From a virus (Duplodnaviria; Caudoviricetes): a stretch of 55,854 nucleotides of DNA. Positions 34,008-42,761 of this stretch are shown here, piece by piece (within the stretch, counting starts at the first letter, position 1; the number at the start of each line of letters is the position of its first letter). The stretch lies in IMG/VR virus record IMGVR_UViG_3300030370_000147, positions 1 through 55,854 of that record; one strand, 5' to 3'. The translations under genes were made by a program, and so were the position numbers. Under the pieces are notes generated by a model, which worked only from the letters and a program-made list of their open reading frames with translations, ran no database searches and was not told the origin of the DNA.

Positions 34008-35429
34008 TTAGAGTCCCTTGATGATCACGTGCTTGTTAGCAGCGCGGACACACAAAGCAATCTCAGAGCGGTAGTGGAACGTAGCCACGTCGCGACCTGC
34101 GTCACCGTTGTTGTTGTGTCCGAGGACGCCACCACCAGTAATCCAGTGCTCCATCTCACGGCTGTAACCGTTCGCCTCCTTGTAGTACATGGCCAAAGAC
34201 GGAGCGCTACCGCCCGTGCGTGGGTCAGTTACGTTCGCCAATGGGATGCATGCACCCTGAAGGTAGTTGGTCGCACCCAAGAGGGTAGGATCGTTCAGCA
34301 ACTTCCAATCGTGCTTGTGGAATGTATACCCACCACGCGTGAAGCTCTTGAAGCCAAGCTTGACAGCCATATCAGCATCGTTGTTGAACGCACCGAACTG
34401 ACCAGGAAGACCAGCAGTAACACTCGTAGCGATACCTGACGCAAGCATGTCGTCGATAGCGAGGTCTTGCTTCCGATTCAAGTACATAGCGTACTCGGCA
34501 GGAGCGCCTTGCTTATCCAGCTCAAGGATGAGGTCGTCAAACTCTGAGAAGCTGTCCATCGGGTTACCGAATGCTCCAGAGATTACGATACCGCGATCCT
34601 CAACAGCAGAGACATAACCCTCGGAACCGAGACCCATGTCTTGATCAGTGTTATAAGCTGCGTCGTTACCTGTAGAACCGTCGTTACCAGTCTGTCCGAA
34701 GAGCATCATCATCTCACGGCGATCCTCGAAGCGCTTCCGTGCCTCTTGCTCACCGTACATAAACCAGCGGTACTCACCACCACCGACGTTTACCCAACCG
34801 ATGTTCGTAGCCTGAGAACCGTTCACTTGGTAGCGGTCCTTGACAATCATGAATGGGTTCTTACGCTTAACCGCGTCAGAGTCCGTGAAGTGAGCTGGCT
34901 GCTCCGTTCCCTGACCGTACATGTTACCGAGGACGATAAACTTACGATCGGTAGCGTTGGCCGCGTCAGCAGCAGCACCATCCAAAGGCTGGATAGTAGC
35001 CTCCGTAGCAGCGGTCTGAGAAGCGTTGTTCACAGCCGTCACAATATAACGGCGACCGTTAGCGCTGTCCATAACCACATCGTTTGCACCGATCGGAATT
35101 CCGTTGGTGCCGTCAGTGGCGAAGTGCAATTGCTGTGCGTCAGGGTCAGTGGTTGCCGCATCATCCGTACTTGCAGTAAGCGTGCGGTGACGACGTCCAG
35201 CTTCCCACCAATCGACTCGGTCAGCAGTACCGCCGCTCTTGACAGCACCAGTAAGGTCGAGGAATCCAGTGATACCCTGATCGCCGTAGGTCTCTACGAG
35301 GTCGGGCATGACGAAGTCCTTCGTCGTCTTGACGAGGTTGTCAAGAGTTGTATATGTTTCGGGGGTCAGCTGAAGATTAGCTGGGGCCCCATCCAAGGCA
35401 TAGTTAGTGCCCGTTCCAATTGTTGCCAT
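34008..35429 (-). CDS. major capsid protein
   Basis: 473 aa after scaffold; W.EAGRRH, IVKDRYQVNGS, LGFKSFTRGGYTFHK, HYRSE; biased codon use. Confidence 0.85.
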   Translation of the reverse strand: MATIGTGTNYALDGAPANLQLTPETYTTLDNLVKTTKDFVMPDLVETYGDQGITGFLDLTGAVKSGGTADRVDWWEAGRRHRTLTASTDDAATTDPDAQQLHFATDGTNGIPIGANDVVMDSANGRRYIVTAVNNASQTAATEATIQPLDGAAADAANATDRKFIVLGNMYGQGTEQPAHFTDSDAVKRKNPFMIVKDRYQVNGSQATNIGWVNVGGGEYRWFMYGEQEARKRFEDRREMMMLFGQTGNDGSTGNDAAYNTDQDMGLGSEGYVSAVEDRGIVISGAFGNPMDSFSEFDDLILELDKQGAPAEYAMYLNRKQDLAIDDMLASGIATSVTAGLPGQFGAFNNDADMAVKLGFKSFTRGGYTFHKHDWKLLNDPTLLGATNYLQGACIPLANVTDPRTGGSAPSLAMYYKEANGYSREMEHWITGGGVLGHNNNGDAGRDVATFHYRSEIALCVRAANKHVIIKGL

Positions 35430-35441
35430 GTTTTCTTGGTC

Positions 35442-36611
35442 TTAGATTTTGAAGGTCATGGTTGACCGATTTTGTTGAAGAATGCTCCTGACCTGTTCGC
35501 CCAGGGGATTCGAGTTCTGTGTCCCCGAAGTATCATCGGGGGATTTTGCTTGCACGTTCGCTGCATTCTGCACTACACCTCGTTGACCGTCACTCATGCC
35601 CTGCCGATAAGCAGACTGCACGATAGTGTCGATGTTGTCAATTACAGTGCGGTGAGAGGACAACATATCGTAGTCCCAGCTTCCGTCTTCACGGACATAC
35701 GGATCAAAGAAGTTTTCGAGCTTAGCGTTTTTCTGCGCCAAGTGCTTCTTGTAATTATCATCCATCCCGAAGGTGAATGTCTTGTCGTTACCGAGATCGA
35801 ACTCGATACCTTCCATAGCGTCCAGGTTATGAACCATCTCCGAAACCCAGTTCTCATCAACCAGTGGCTCATCAGCCTGCTGAGGGACCTCTTTGGGTTT
35901 TGGGGTGGCGTAACCAGAACGCATACGATCGATACCTGATCGAGCAGTCTCGGCGTCCATCTTCAATTGAAGCTGAGCCATACGCTTCTGATCCTCCGTA
36001 GCGTCGGAACTAAAAGCATACTTACTCTTGATGAGAAGTCCCAGTTCCTCTCCGTTCAGGTTTGGATGCTCTGACGCCATATGGACACGCACCGCCGTCA
36101 TATCGTCCATCTCGGACGGGTTCAACGACTGATACCTAAACCAATCTTGCGCAGACCTACCAGTGTCCTGCATAAACTTTGAGATAACCTGCAGCCCCTC
36201 ATCGAGCTGTGGTTGCGATAAGTCATCGAATGACTGAACTTGCCTCCCCAGCTTCTCGCTGATATAGGACATTACAGCACCATCAACATCTTGTTGCGAA
36301 AACTGCCCCTGCTGTGGCTCAGGCTGAAACCTTTGCTGCTCGGCTGGGTTGTTTTGGATTGCCTCTTCCTGAGGCGCGGGCTCGACATCCTGACCTTCTG
36401 TAGGCAATGCAGCCTCTCGCTGCATACTAGCCGCCAGGTCGGCAGGGTTGTCAAAGATTTCAAACGGAGCTTTCGTCTCTGGTGCAGGGGTTTCCTGGAC
36501 CTGAGGTTCTTGTACTGGTGCCGCTGATGGGGTTTCCTGTACTGTCTCCGTTTCCGCTTGTTGTGCGGGAGCCTGCTCGATGACAGGCTCTTGTACTTGC
36601 GCTTCTTCCAT
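35442..36611 (-). CDS. capsid scaffolding protein
   Basis: Acidic Gln/Pro-rich N-terminus, helical core, AYRQG near C-terminus; immediately upstream of MCP. Confidence 0.75.
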   Translation of the reverse strand: MEEAQVQEPVIEQAPAQQAETETVQETPSAAPVQEPQVQETPAPETKAPFEIFDNPADLAASMQREAALPTEGQDVEPAPQEEAIQNNPAEQQRFQPEPQQGQFSQQDVDGAVMSYISEKLGRQVQSFDDLSQPQLDEGLQVISKFMQDTGRSAQDWFRYQSLNPSEMDDMTAVRVHMASEHPNLNGEELGLLIKSKYAFSSDATEDQKRMAQLQLKMDAETARSGIDRMRSGYATPKPKEVPQQADEPLVDENWVSEMVHNLDAMEGIEFDLGNDKTFTFGMDDNYKKHLAQKNAKLENFFDPYVREDGSWDYDMLSSHRTVIDNIDTIVQSAYRQGMSDGQRGVVQNAANVQAKSPDDTSGTQNSNPLGEQVRSILQQNRSTMTFKI

Positions 36612-36627
36612 TTAATTTAATTGTATA

Positions 36628-36888
36628 TCAATAGTATGCGATTAGTGTGGCACCAACTACCGACGTAAAGCTGCCGTACAGAGTCCCGCCAGGCTGAACT
36701 GCAATAGTCTGACCAGTGGCAACATCTTTGTAAGCAGGAGATTGATACGTCTTTATTCGACCAATCACTGTGGCGTTGACGGCAGCAGCAGTGGGGTTGT
36801 GCAAGGCGTAAGTAATGTTATCCGTGAAGGCATTGCTGCCTGACAGGATTACCATATTGGTGGGTAGGGCGTTACTTGGATGTGCCAT
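36628..36888 (-). CDS. small beta-rich virion protein
   Basis: 86 aa, TAATG coupled. Confidence 0.65.
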   Translation of the reverse strand: MAHPSNALPTNMVILSGSNAFTDNITYALHNPTAAAVNATVIGRIKTYQSPAYKDVATGQTIAVQPGGTLYGSFTSVVGATLIAYY

Positions 36889-37295
36889 TAGCTAAGTCTT
36901 ACTGCGGAGCTGTCCAATCCGAACACTCCATAATCGATGAGCTGATCCACCTTAGTCCCGTAGGCCTTCAGGCTGGTATCGTTTTGAGCAGGAAAAAAAG
37001 CAAACTCACCAGCAGCGAGTTTCATGATGACGGGATCATCAGCTGCAGTGTCTGCATAGATGTAGATGTAATCCTCCTTCTCAGTAGCGAGATTCTGAAT
37101 GAATACGTAGGCTACGTCAAGCTTATCGCTGGGCTTATTAATAACCGTGGCGTCAGCCCCTACAGAAGTACCAAGCACCTTACCCCGAATCAAACTTCCT
37201 GAGTCTGCGAGAAGGTTTGTTGAAGCACTAAGTGACAAGGGTGAACTCATCACCCCTGGGCTCTGAAGCGTAATATTCGCCCGAATGTTTGCCAT
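36888..37295 (-). CDS. small beta-rich virion protein (paralog family)
   Basis: YVFIQN...MKLAAGEFAFFP. Confidence 0.7.
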   Translation of the reverse strand: MANIRANITLQSPGVMSSPLSLSASTNLLADSGSLIRGKVLGTSVGADATVINKPSDKLDVAYVFIQNLATEKEDYIYIYADTAADDPVIMKLAAGEFAFFPAQNDTSLKAYGTKVDQLIDYGVFGLDSSAVRLS

Positions 37296-37705
37296 TAGGC
37301 TTCGAAGATCAACGCGTATTCAACCGTCAGCGTAGTAGCTACACTTGGCGTATAAAGAATGTCTGCGTTAGTACCTGTAGTGTCAGCATTCCATGGGATG
37401 AAAAGCCAGTCACCAGAGTACAGACGTCCAATCTCAGTACCTCCGATCTTCACTTGAATGTACTCCGTAGCTACCGTGCTGGTATTCTTGATGTACACCT
37501 TGTGATTCTTATCATCAGTGTAGTCAGCAGCAGCGAACAGAGTTACATCTGACGTAGCAAGAGTTGTCTTACGCCCAACACCAGTGGTCTGATCCAGACC
37601 AGTTGTTGTCCCCGCCTTCGTCAGCGTAGAAGTTGTAGACAAAGCTAGTGCGTCACCAGTCAGGTCTGAACTTGAGAGAGTTACCGTTGCAGTTGTCGTA
37701 GGCAT
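37295..37705 (-). CDS. small beta-rich virion protein (paralog family)
   Basis: VYIKN...RLYSGDWLFIPW. Confidence 0.7.
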   Translation of the reverse strand: MPTTTATVTLSSSDLTGDALALSTTSTLTKAGTTTGLDQTTGVGRKTTLATSDVTLFAAADYTDDKNHKVYIKNTSTVATEYIQVKIGGTEIGRLYSGDWLFIPWNADTTGTNADILYTPSVATTLTVEYALIFEA

Positions 37706-37726
37706 CTTACTGTTAGTATTTACCTA

Positions 37727-37734
37727 CAAATATA
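37727..37734 (-). promoter_or_regulatory. -7 promoter box TATATTTG for the head operon
   Basis: 21 nt upstream of ATG 37705. Confidence 0.65.
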
Positions 37735-37743
37735 ATACTAAAT

Positions 37744-38004
37744 CTATTTGCTCTTTTTCTTCTTGATCACCCGAAACTTCTTTGTCTTCTTGGCGACCTT
37801 CTTTGGCTGGGCAACATGTTGCTTGCCCTTCTTATTGCCAGCAGCTTTCGCCTTATTTGTTGCTGCTTTCTCTGCAGCACTCAATGACTTCCAAGCAGCG
37901 TCTGGCAAATAGCGCTTCTTACCTTTCGACTTACTGCCGTCTGAGGTACGCCATTTCTGTTTAGTCCAGGCTCGTAAGGACTCTTGTGATGCCTTCCTTG
38001 CCAT
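37744..38004 (-). CDS. very basic protein, DUF5872-like C-terminal half
   Basis: SLRAWTKQKWRT...RYLPDAAWKSLS.AEKAATN.AK. Confidence 0.7.
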   Translation of the reverse strand: MARKASQESLRAWTKQKWRTSDGSKSKGKKRYLPDAAWKSLSAAEKAATNKAKAAGNKKGKQHVAQPKKVAKKTKKFRVIKKKKSK

Positions 38005-38204
38005 CAGTCCCGATACCCTCCCCCTGCGGCTTTGTATTGCTGGGCCAACATCTGCGCTTTACGTGCTGACCACTGACCTGGCTTACCACCTTTAGATCCC
38101 GCTTTGATCTTATTGAACAACCTCTTGCGCATACCAGGCTTGGTGTAATTGCCAGCCTCATTGACACGCGACTTAGTCTTACCACCTTTCTTTAAGACCT
38201 TCAT
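38004..38204 (-). CDS. very basic protein, DUF5872-like N-terminal half
   Basis: YTKPGMRKR...GGKPGQWSARKAQMLAQQYKAAGGGY. Confidence 0.7.
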   Translation of the reverse strand: MKVLKKGGKTKSRVNEAGNYTKPGMRKRLFNKIKAGSKGGKPGQWSARKAQMLAQQYKAAGGGYRD

Positions 38205-38386
38205 CCGTGGGTCACTGTTTTAAACTTCGCTTTCTCTACAGCACCTGGGTGTGGCTTGTACCCACCCTTCATTAGGAAGTACCTACCGTTCTCCTGCATC
38301 CAGTGGTATCCAGACGGTGGGTCTACGCTCACAGTCTTAGAGCTGACCTTCAGCTTACCACCCTTGTTGTACTTGACGGTATTCAT
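38201..38386 (-). CDS. small basic protein
   Basis: KYNKGG; PPSGYHWM...LMKG.YKPH. Confidence 0.65.
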   Translation of the reverse strand: MNTVKYNKGGKLKVSSKTVSVDPPSGYHWMQENGRYFLMKGGYKPHPGAVEKAKFKTVTHG

Positions 38387-38586
38387 TGCACTTGATTCTT
38401 AGCAAGCAGCATCTTGATCTCTTGGATCTCCGTAAGTAGGGTGTCAATCTTACCCTTAAAGGCGCTGTTGTCCATCTCTAGAACTTTGACTCTAGACTTC
38501 AGCGTAGTGAACTCAGACTGAAACTTCAGCCACATTCCAATTAATGCCCCCGCAATACTTAGTAATTCAAACTGTGTCAGATCCAT
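38383..38586 (-). CDS. small TM + coiled-coil protein (holin-like?)
   Basis: Start ATG 38586; one N-terminal hydrophobic helix then heptads. Confidence 0.6.
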   Translation of the reverse strand: MDLTQFELLSIAGALIGMWLKFQSEFTTLKSRVKVLEMDNSAFKGKIDTLLTEIQEIKMLLAKNQVQ

Positions 38587-38864
38587 TACCACTTCACTTT
38601 ATTAGCCCAGTATGCTGCGCTCATCTTACCCTTCTTAATATTCCTTGCATGACGCGCCTTGAATGAAGCACGCTGCTTTGCATTCTGGTTTGTCTTGGCC
38701 CCCTGCTCTCCGAACCTGATCAGCTTCACCTTGTTCCCATCTTTAGCCAACACGATGTGTGACTTCTTCGGATGCTTAGGTGTACGCTTAGCTTTATTTA
38801 CACCAGATAAACCGTGCTTCTTGAGTAGGTTTTTTACTCGTGTTGCTGTAGGACTACTTGCCAT
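38586..38864 (-). CDS. small basic protein (DUF6321-like)
   Basis: VKLIRFGEQG...RASFKARH...SAAYWANKVKW. Confidence 0.7.
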   Translation of the reverse strand: MASSPTATRVKNLLKKHGLSGVNKAKRTPKHPKKSHIVLAKDGNKVKLIRFGEQGAKTNQNAKQRASFKARHARNIKKGKMSAAYWANKVKW

Positions 38865-38868
38865 TAGG

Positions 38869-38876
38869 CAAAGATA
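38869..38876 (-). promoter_or_regulatory. -7 promoter box TATCTTTG (leaderless geometry)
   Basis: 4 nt upstream of ATG 38864. Confidence 0.65.
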
Positions 38877-38880
38877 ATAT

Positions 38881-39135
38881 TTAAGGCTTTACACCATATT
38901 CACCTGCGACCAAAGTATAGGTGGTTTCCCCGTTAATAGGATGCACGTAAGTGAAAGTCTTATCGTCCGACAACTCAAAGCTCTCGTATGACGCGGTATA
39001 CGTTCCGTCTCCGTTGTCTACACATTCATCCAGCTCGATCTCACAATACCCAAAAGACATGTGCGGAACGTCACTGTCCAGCCAATTGGTCAAGAGGTCA
39101 TCCTCGCTATTGATTATTACCGTGTATTTAGCCAT
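38881..39135 (-). CDS. acidic protein, possible tail fibre chaperone
   Basis: Start moved to ATG 39135; follows the RCC1-like fibre gene. Confidence 0.55.
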   Translation of the reverse strand: MAKYTVIINSEDDLLTNWLDSDVPHMSFGYCEIELDECVDNGDGTYTASYESFELSDDKTFTYVHPINGETTYTLVAGEYGVKP

Positions 39136-39136
39136 A

Positions 39137-40462
39137 TCAATAAATTGCTGCAATTGCGTATCGAGTAGTGTTGCCTGTATTCGGGAATGGAATCCACACG
39201 TTTCCTGCCGCAAGGGTCTGATCAACAATAAGTGTCGCAGTCGAAATGTTACCTAAGGTTCCGTTGATGACCCCACCAAACTGGTTGTATCCCCAGAAGT
39301 AAATCTTACTACCTTTCAAAGCAGATAGGCCATAATCGCTGCTTGCTATACCCGACGGGTCCGCAGCTATCTCTTGCCAGTCAGTATCCGTTCCGATCTG
39401 AACGAAGTCGCCATTCTTAGAATCAGTAGTCAACCCATCGCCTCTTCGGACGTTCCCTTCCCCAGTGTGATATAGTTCGCCACTAGTGTTGATGAGGTGC
39501 ATGCTGTTGTTTGTCAAGGCTCCCGTTACCCAGTCTGTTTGGAAGCTACCGCTAACTTTTCCTGTCTGGGTTGGCACTTGGATGTCGGCACTGGTATTGG
39601 TTCCGAACCTTTCGTTAGAATCGTTATCTCCCCATGCGTAGACTTCACCACCTGTAATCAGGTAGCCCCCGTCATAGTTGACTCCAAAATCCGTGATTCC
39701 ACTATTGGTGAAGTTGGTATCGTCAATGGCAGTCCATGACGTAGTGTTCCCGCTGTTGGTTCCCTGACCAGTCATGTAAAGATAGTTTCTGCCCGCACTG
39801 TACAGAACGTCGCTGGTAGTCTTTGTAGCAAGGGAGTAGAATCTACTCCTCTTCACATTCTGCCAGTCAGTCGCACTACCCACCTGTGTAAATGATCCGA
39901 AGGAGTGCGTTGTATTACCAGTTCCTGCTTGACCATAGCCATTGAGACCGACGTAATACATCTTACCACTGTTGATTGCCAAAGCCCCGTCATACGAAGA
40001 GCTGACATCCGTCCACCCAGTATCTGAATCACCCACGCCAGTGACCTGAGTAAATACGTTTCCAGTGTCGTCGGTGCCCGCCATGTAGGTAGAGCTGGAA
40101 CCAATCTCCCACATCTGGCCACTACTGGTGATTCCAAAGGCGGAATACCTACCGTAGGTAATGTGGACGAAGTCTGATTTGCTCTCAGCCACACGCAGGT
40201 GAGCGCCATCCTCGTCGCAGGAGAAGTTGACTACTGGCTGTCCGCCATAAGAGTATCTAGGGTAAGACTCGGCAGTGTCGCTTGATAATATTCCTCCACT
40301 AAACCTCACTCCGCCAAACTTGATTAGTCCAGATGTCGGTACAGTTTCTATGTAGGTGCCAGTACCCGCAACGGGGTCGTAGGCCCCCCCAGAGGATACC
40401 GTCTGATCGTTGATTTTTGCAATGTTAGCCAAGTCAATTCCGTTTTTACCAGCAACTGCCAT
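39137..40462 (-). CDS. RCC1/BLIP-II-like beta-propeller receptor-binding protein
   Basis: Repeated G..Y.WG.N.YGQ.G.G and Q(V/I)G..TDW units; N-terminal IAKIN motif. Confidence 0.75.
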   Translation of the reverse strand: MAVAGKNGIDLANIAKINDQTVSSGGAYDPVAGTGTYIETVPTSGLIKFGGVRFSGGILSSDTAESYPRYSYGGQPVVNFSCDEDGAHLRVAESKSDFVHITYGRYSAFGITSSGQMWEIGSSSTYMAGTDDTGNVFTQVTGVGDSDTGWTDVSSSYDGALAINSGKMYYVGLNGYGQAGTGNTTHSFGSFTQVGSATDWQNVKRSRFYSLATKTTSDVLYSAGRNYLYMTGQGTNSGNTTSWTAIDDTNFTNSGITDFGVNYDGGYLITGGEVYAWGDNDSNERFGTNTSADIQVPTQTGKVSGSFQTDWVTGALTNNSMHLINTSGELYHTGEGNVRRGDGLTTDSKNGDFVQIGTDTDWQEIAADPSGIASSDYGLSALKGSKIYFWGYNQFGGVINGTLGNISTATLIVDQTLAAGNVWIPFPNTGNTTRYAIAAIY

Positions 40463-42294
40463 TATGATAATTCGATGTAGTCTTGCGACGGATCAATGTA
40501 GATGAGCTGAGTACTCATTGCATACCCAATCACACGAACAAACTCTCCCGTTGCTGATGGGGCAGTGGCTGATACAGTACCCTCAGCATTACTAACGTAT
40601 AGTACAGACCCCACAGCAAACGCATTGCTAAATGCCCTGAACCCACGCACAAGCAACCCGTCTGATGTAGGGCTAGTACCTAGTGCAATACCAAACAACC
40701 CAAGAGTCTTTGCCTCGGTATCGGCGTCTGTAGCGACCCACCCCGATGAAGTGAACACATAAGACTTGTTGCTTACTAATGTTCCCGTTCCAAACTTAAC
40801 GACATGGCCTTCGAAGGACTGAGCTCCATAGGCGCTGCTTCTAGTAATGACCTCCAGATACTGACCATCAAGTTCGTTTGTAGAACCTGCTGCGCCTGTG
40901 GGACCCGTGGGTCCTGTAGCGCCATCAGTACCATTGGTAACCCCTGTAACTGTCACTTGGCTAGACACAGCCTCAAAGACCATACCCAAACATCGAACTG
41001 CTGTTCCTGGTGATGTCCTGCCAATGTTCTCCACGTAGAGCTCTACATAGTCATTCTCTGTAAGGTTAAAGGTTCGAGTGAAGTTAGCTGTGTTGTCAAA
41101 AGAATTGCCAGTGTTACGCAGATAAGTGCTGCCTGCCCCTTCTACCTCAGTACCGTTGACTCTAAAGGTAAATGTAGGTTGAGCGCGTTCAATTCCTATG
41201 GTATTAAATATACCCGACGCCCTAAACGTATATAAGCCATCTTCGCTAACAGTAAACTTATTACTACCCCAAGTAATAGCGCTGCCTACTGACGTTGCTT
41301 GCGCTAGGTTTGAAACTAAGGTTGGCGAAGTGTAATTGAAATCCATTACGGAGGCACCGCCATGGAGGTACGCCGCAGGCAAGTCAACTTCAACATAATT
41401 TTGATTTAAGTCCGCAACAGCAGTTGATGCCCTTAAATCTCCTGTACTAAAACCCAGACCGTCATCAGAGGTAAAGCTAACCGTACCTGTAGAGGAATTG
41501 TAACTGCCCCCTGTAAAGCCTAGACCGTCTGCGCCATCTGATCCATTAGTACCGTTAGTGCCATCGCTACCTGCAGCGCCAGTCGGGCCAGTAGGACCCG
41601 TGGGTCCTGTAGCGCCATCAGTACCATTGGTTCCATTAGTACCTGCCGCTCCAGTTGGACCAGTCGGTCCTGTGGGTCCCGCTACAGTAGAGTCTGCACC
41701 AGCAGCACCAGCAGCACCTGTCGGACCAGTTGGACCAGTTGCGCCAGTGGCTCCTGTAGCCCCATCTGTTCCGTTTGTACCATTCGTGCCTGCCGCACCT
41801 GTCGGACCAGTGGGTCCTGTAGCCCCCTCTGTTCCGTTTGTTCCCGCTGCACCTGTAGGGCCCGTGGGGCCCGTGGGTCCAGTTACCCCGTCTACCCCCT
41901 CAGTTCCGTTAGTGCCAGCCGCTCCCGTTGGACCAGTGGGTCCCGTAGGTCCCGTAGCTCCATCCGCCCCATTAGTACCATTTGTACCAGCGGCACCCGT
42001 AGCACCTGTCGGACCCGTGGGTCCTGCGACTGTAGAATCTGCTCCAGTGGGGCCCGTTGGTCCAGTGGGACCCGTTGGGCCCGTGGCACCATCGCCTCCA
42101 AGAACACCATCCTGACCTGCAGCACCTGTTGGACCTGTAGCTCCCGTAGGACCTGTCGCTCCCTTCTCCCCTTTACTACCTCTGCCTGATACTGTAACAG
42201 CGGAATCAGAGACACCTACAACGGATACAGATGACGAAGCAGGTGCGTTGACATTAACCGACGTGCCTCCAGATACCGTAATCTCTGTTGCCAT
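40462..42294 (-). CDS. collagen-like tail fibre with C1q-like and C-terminal capsid-cement-like domains
   Basis: Long Gly-X-Thr repeats; [11 protein letters not shown]...[11 protein letters not shown] (C1q-like); C-terminal G..LYVS..G....AP...G.FVRVIGY. Confidence 0.75.
   Translation of the reverse strand: MATEITVSGGTSVNVNAPASSSVSVVGVSDSAVTVSGRGSKGEKGATGPTGATGPTGAAGQDGVLGGDGATGPTGPTGPTGPTGADSTVAGPTGPTGATGAAGTNGTNGADGATGPTGPTGPTGAAGTNGTEGVDGVTGPTGPTGPTGAAGTNGTEGATGPTGPTGAAGTNGTNGTDGATGATGATGPTGPTGAAGAAGADSTVAGPTGPTGPTGAAGTNGTNGTDGATGPTGPTGPTGAAGSDGTNGTNGSDGADGLGFTGGSYNSSTGTVSFTSDDGLGFSTGDLRASTAVADLNQNYVEVDLPAAYLHGGASVMDFNYTSPTLVSNLAQATSVGSAITWGSNKFTVSEDGLYTFRASGIFNTIGIERAQPTFTFRVNGTEVEGAGSTYLRNTGNSFDNTANFTRTFNLTENDYVELYVENIGRTSPGTAVRCLGMVFEAVSSQVTVTGVTNGTDGATGPTGPTGAAGSTNELDGQYLEVITRSSAYGAQSFEGHVVKFGTGTLVSNKSYVFTSSGWVATDADTEAKTLGLFGIALGTSPTSDGLLVRGFRAFSNAFAVGSVLYVSNAEGTVSATAPSATGEFVRVIGYAMSTQLIYIDPSQDYIELS
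40901..41631. repeat. exact 38-bp direct repeat pair (40901-40938 and 41594-41631)
   Basis: GGACCCGTGGGTCCTGTAGCGCCATCAGTACCATTGGT occurs twice, 693 bp apart. Confidence 0.85.
41540..42180 (-). repeat. collagen (GPT/GAT/GTN) coding repeats
   Basis: Imperfect 9-nt periodic repeats. Confidence 0.9.
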
Positions 42295-42761
42295 TAGATA
42301 CTCTTTGAGACGTCTGAGTTGACTCTAAAACTGCCCTCTAGAATTGTCTTCTGTGTAGTTCCTACATTGTACTGCAGGTCATATTTATATCTCCCTGGTG
42401 CTACCTTCCGCATATCCTCAGCGGAAAGAAAGACAGTCACATTCCCACTATCATCTTTGTTGAGGAAGCTGAAATTGACTAGGCCTTTAACGCCAGATTC
42501 TGAACTACCAACGACAATGCCGTCACTGATTATAGCATCGTCAGAATCCGCCTCACCACCGCCTCCTGAAGGAACCCTGAGTACGGAAGGGCCCACAGCT
42601 TTAATGTTCTTCTTTACCTGCATCAAGAAAGTGTAATCATCAGTGACTAATGGCAAGGCGTCACCAGCAGAATCCTTAAGGGTGAGGGTGAGCTCAAAGG
42701 TATCGCCACCTCTGCAAGTAATGTCTAGCCTCTCGGCTATGTCAAGATTTACTTTAGACAT
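42294..42761 (-). CDS. BppU-N/Ig-like fibre attachment protein
   Basis: [11 protein letters not shown]...YKYDLQ...TILEGSFRV; start moved to ATG 42761. Confidence 0.6.
   Translation of the reverse strand: MSKVNLDIAERLDITCRGGDTFELTLTLKDSAGDALPLVTDDYTFLMQVKKNIKAVGPSVLRVPSGGGGEADSDDAIISDGIVVGSSESGVKGLVNFSFLNKDDSGNVTVFLSAEDMRKVAPGRYKYDLQYNVGTTQKTILEGSFRVNSDVSKSI

Noticed and set aside
34029-35465. Long + strand ORFs opposite the capsid gene
   Set aside because: Antisense shadows caused by biased codon use in MCP
41558-42115. + strand Pro/Val-rich 185-aa ORF
   Set aside because: Antisense shadow of the collagen repeats
41540-42180. CRISPR-like or DGR repeat array
   Set aside because: Repeats are 9-nt-periodic coding triplets with no spacers; no reverse transcriptase or adenine-specific TR/VR pair seen
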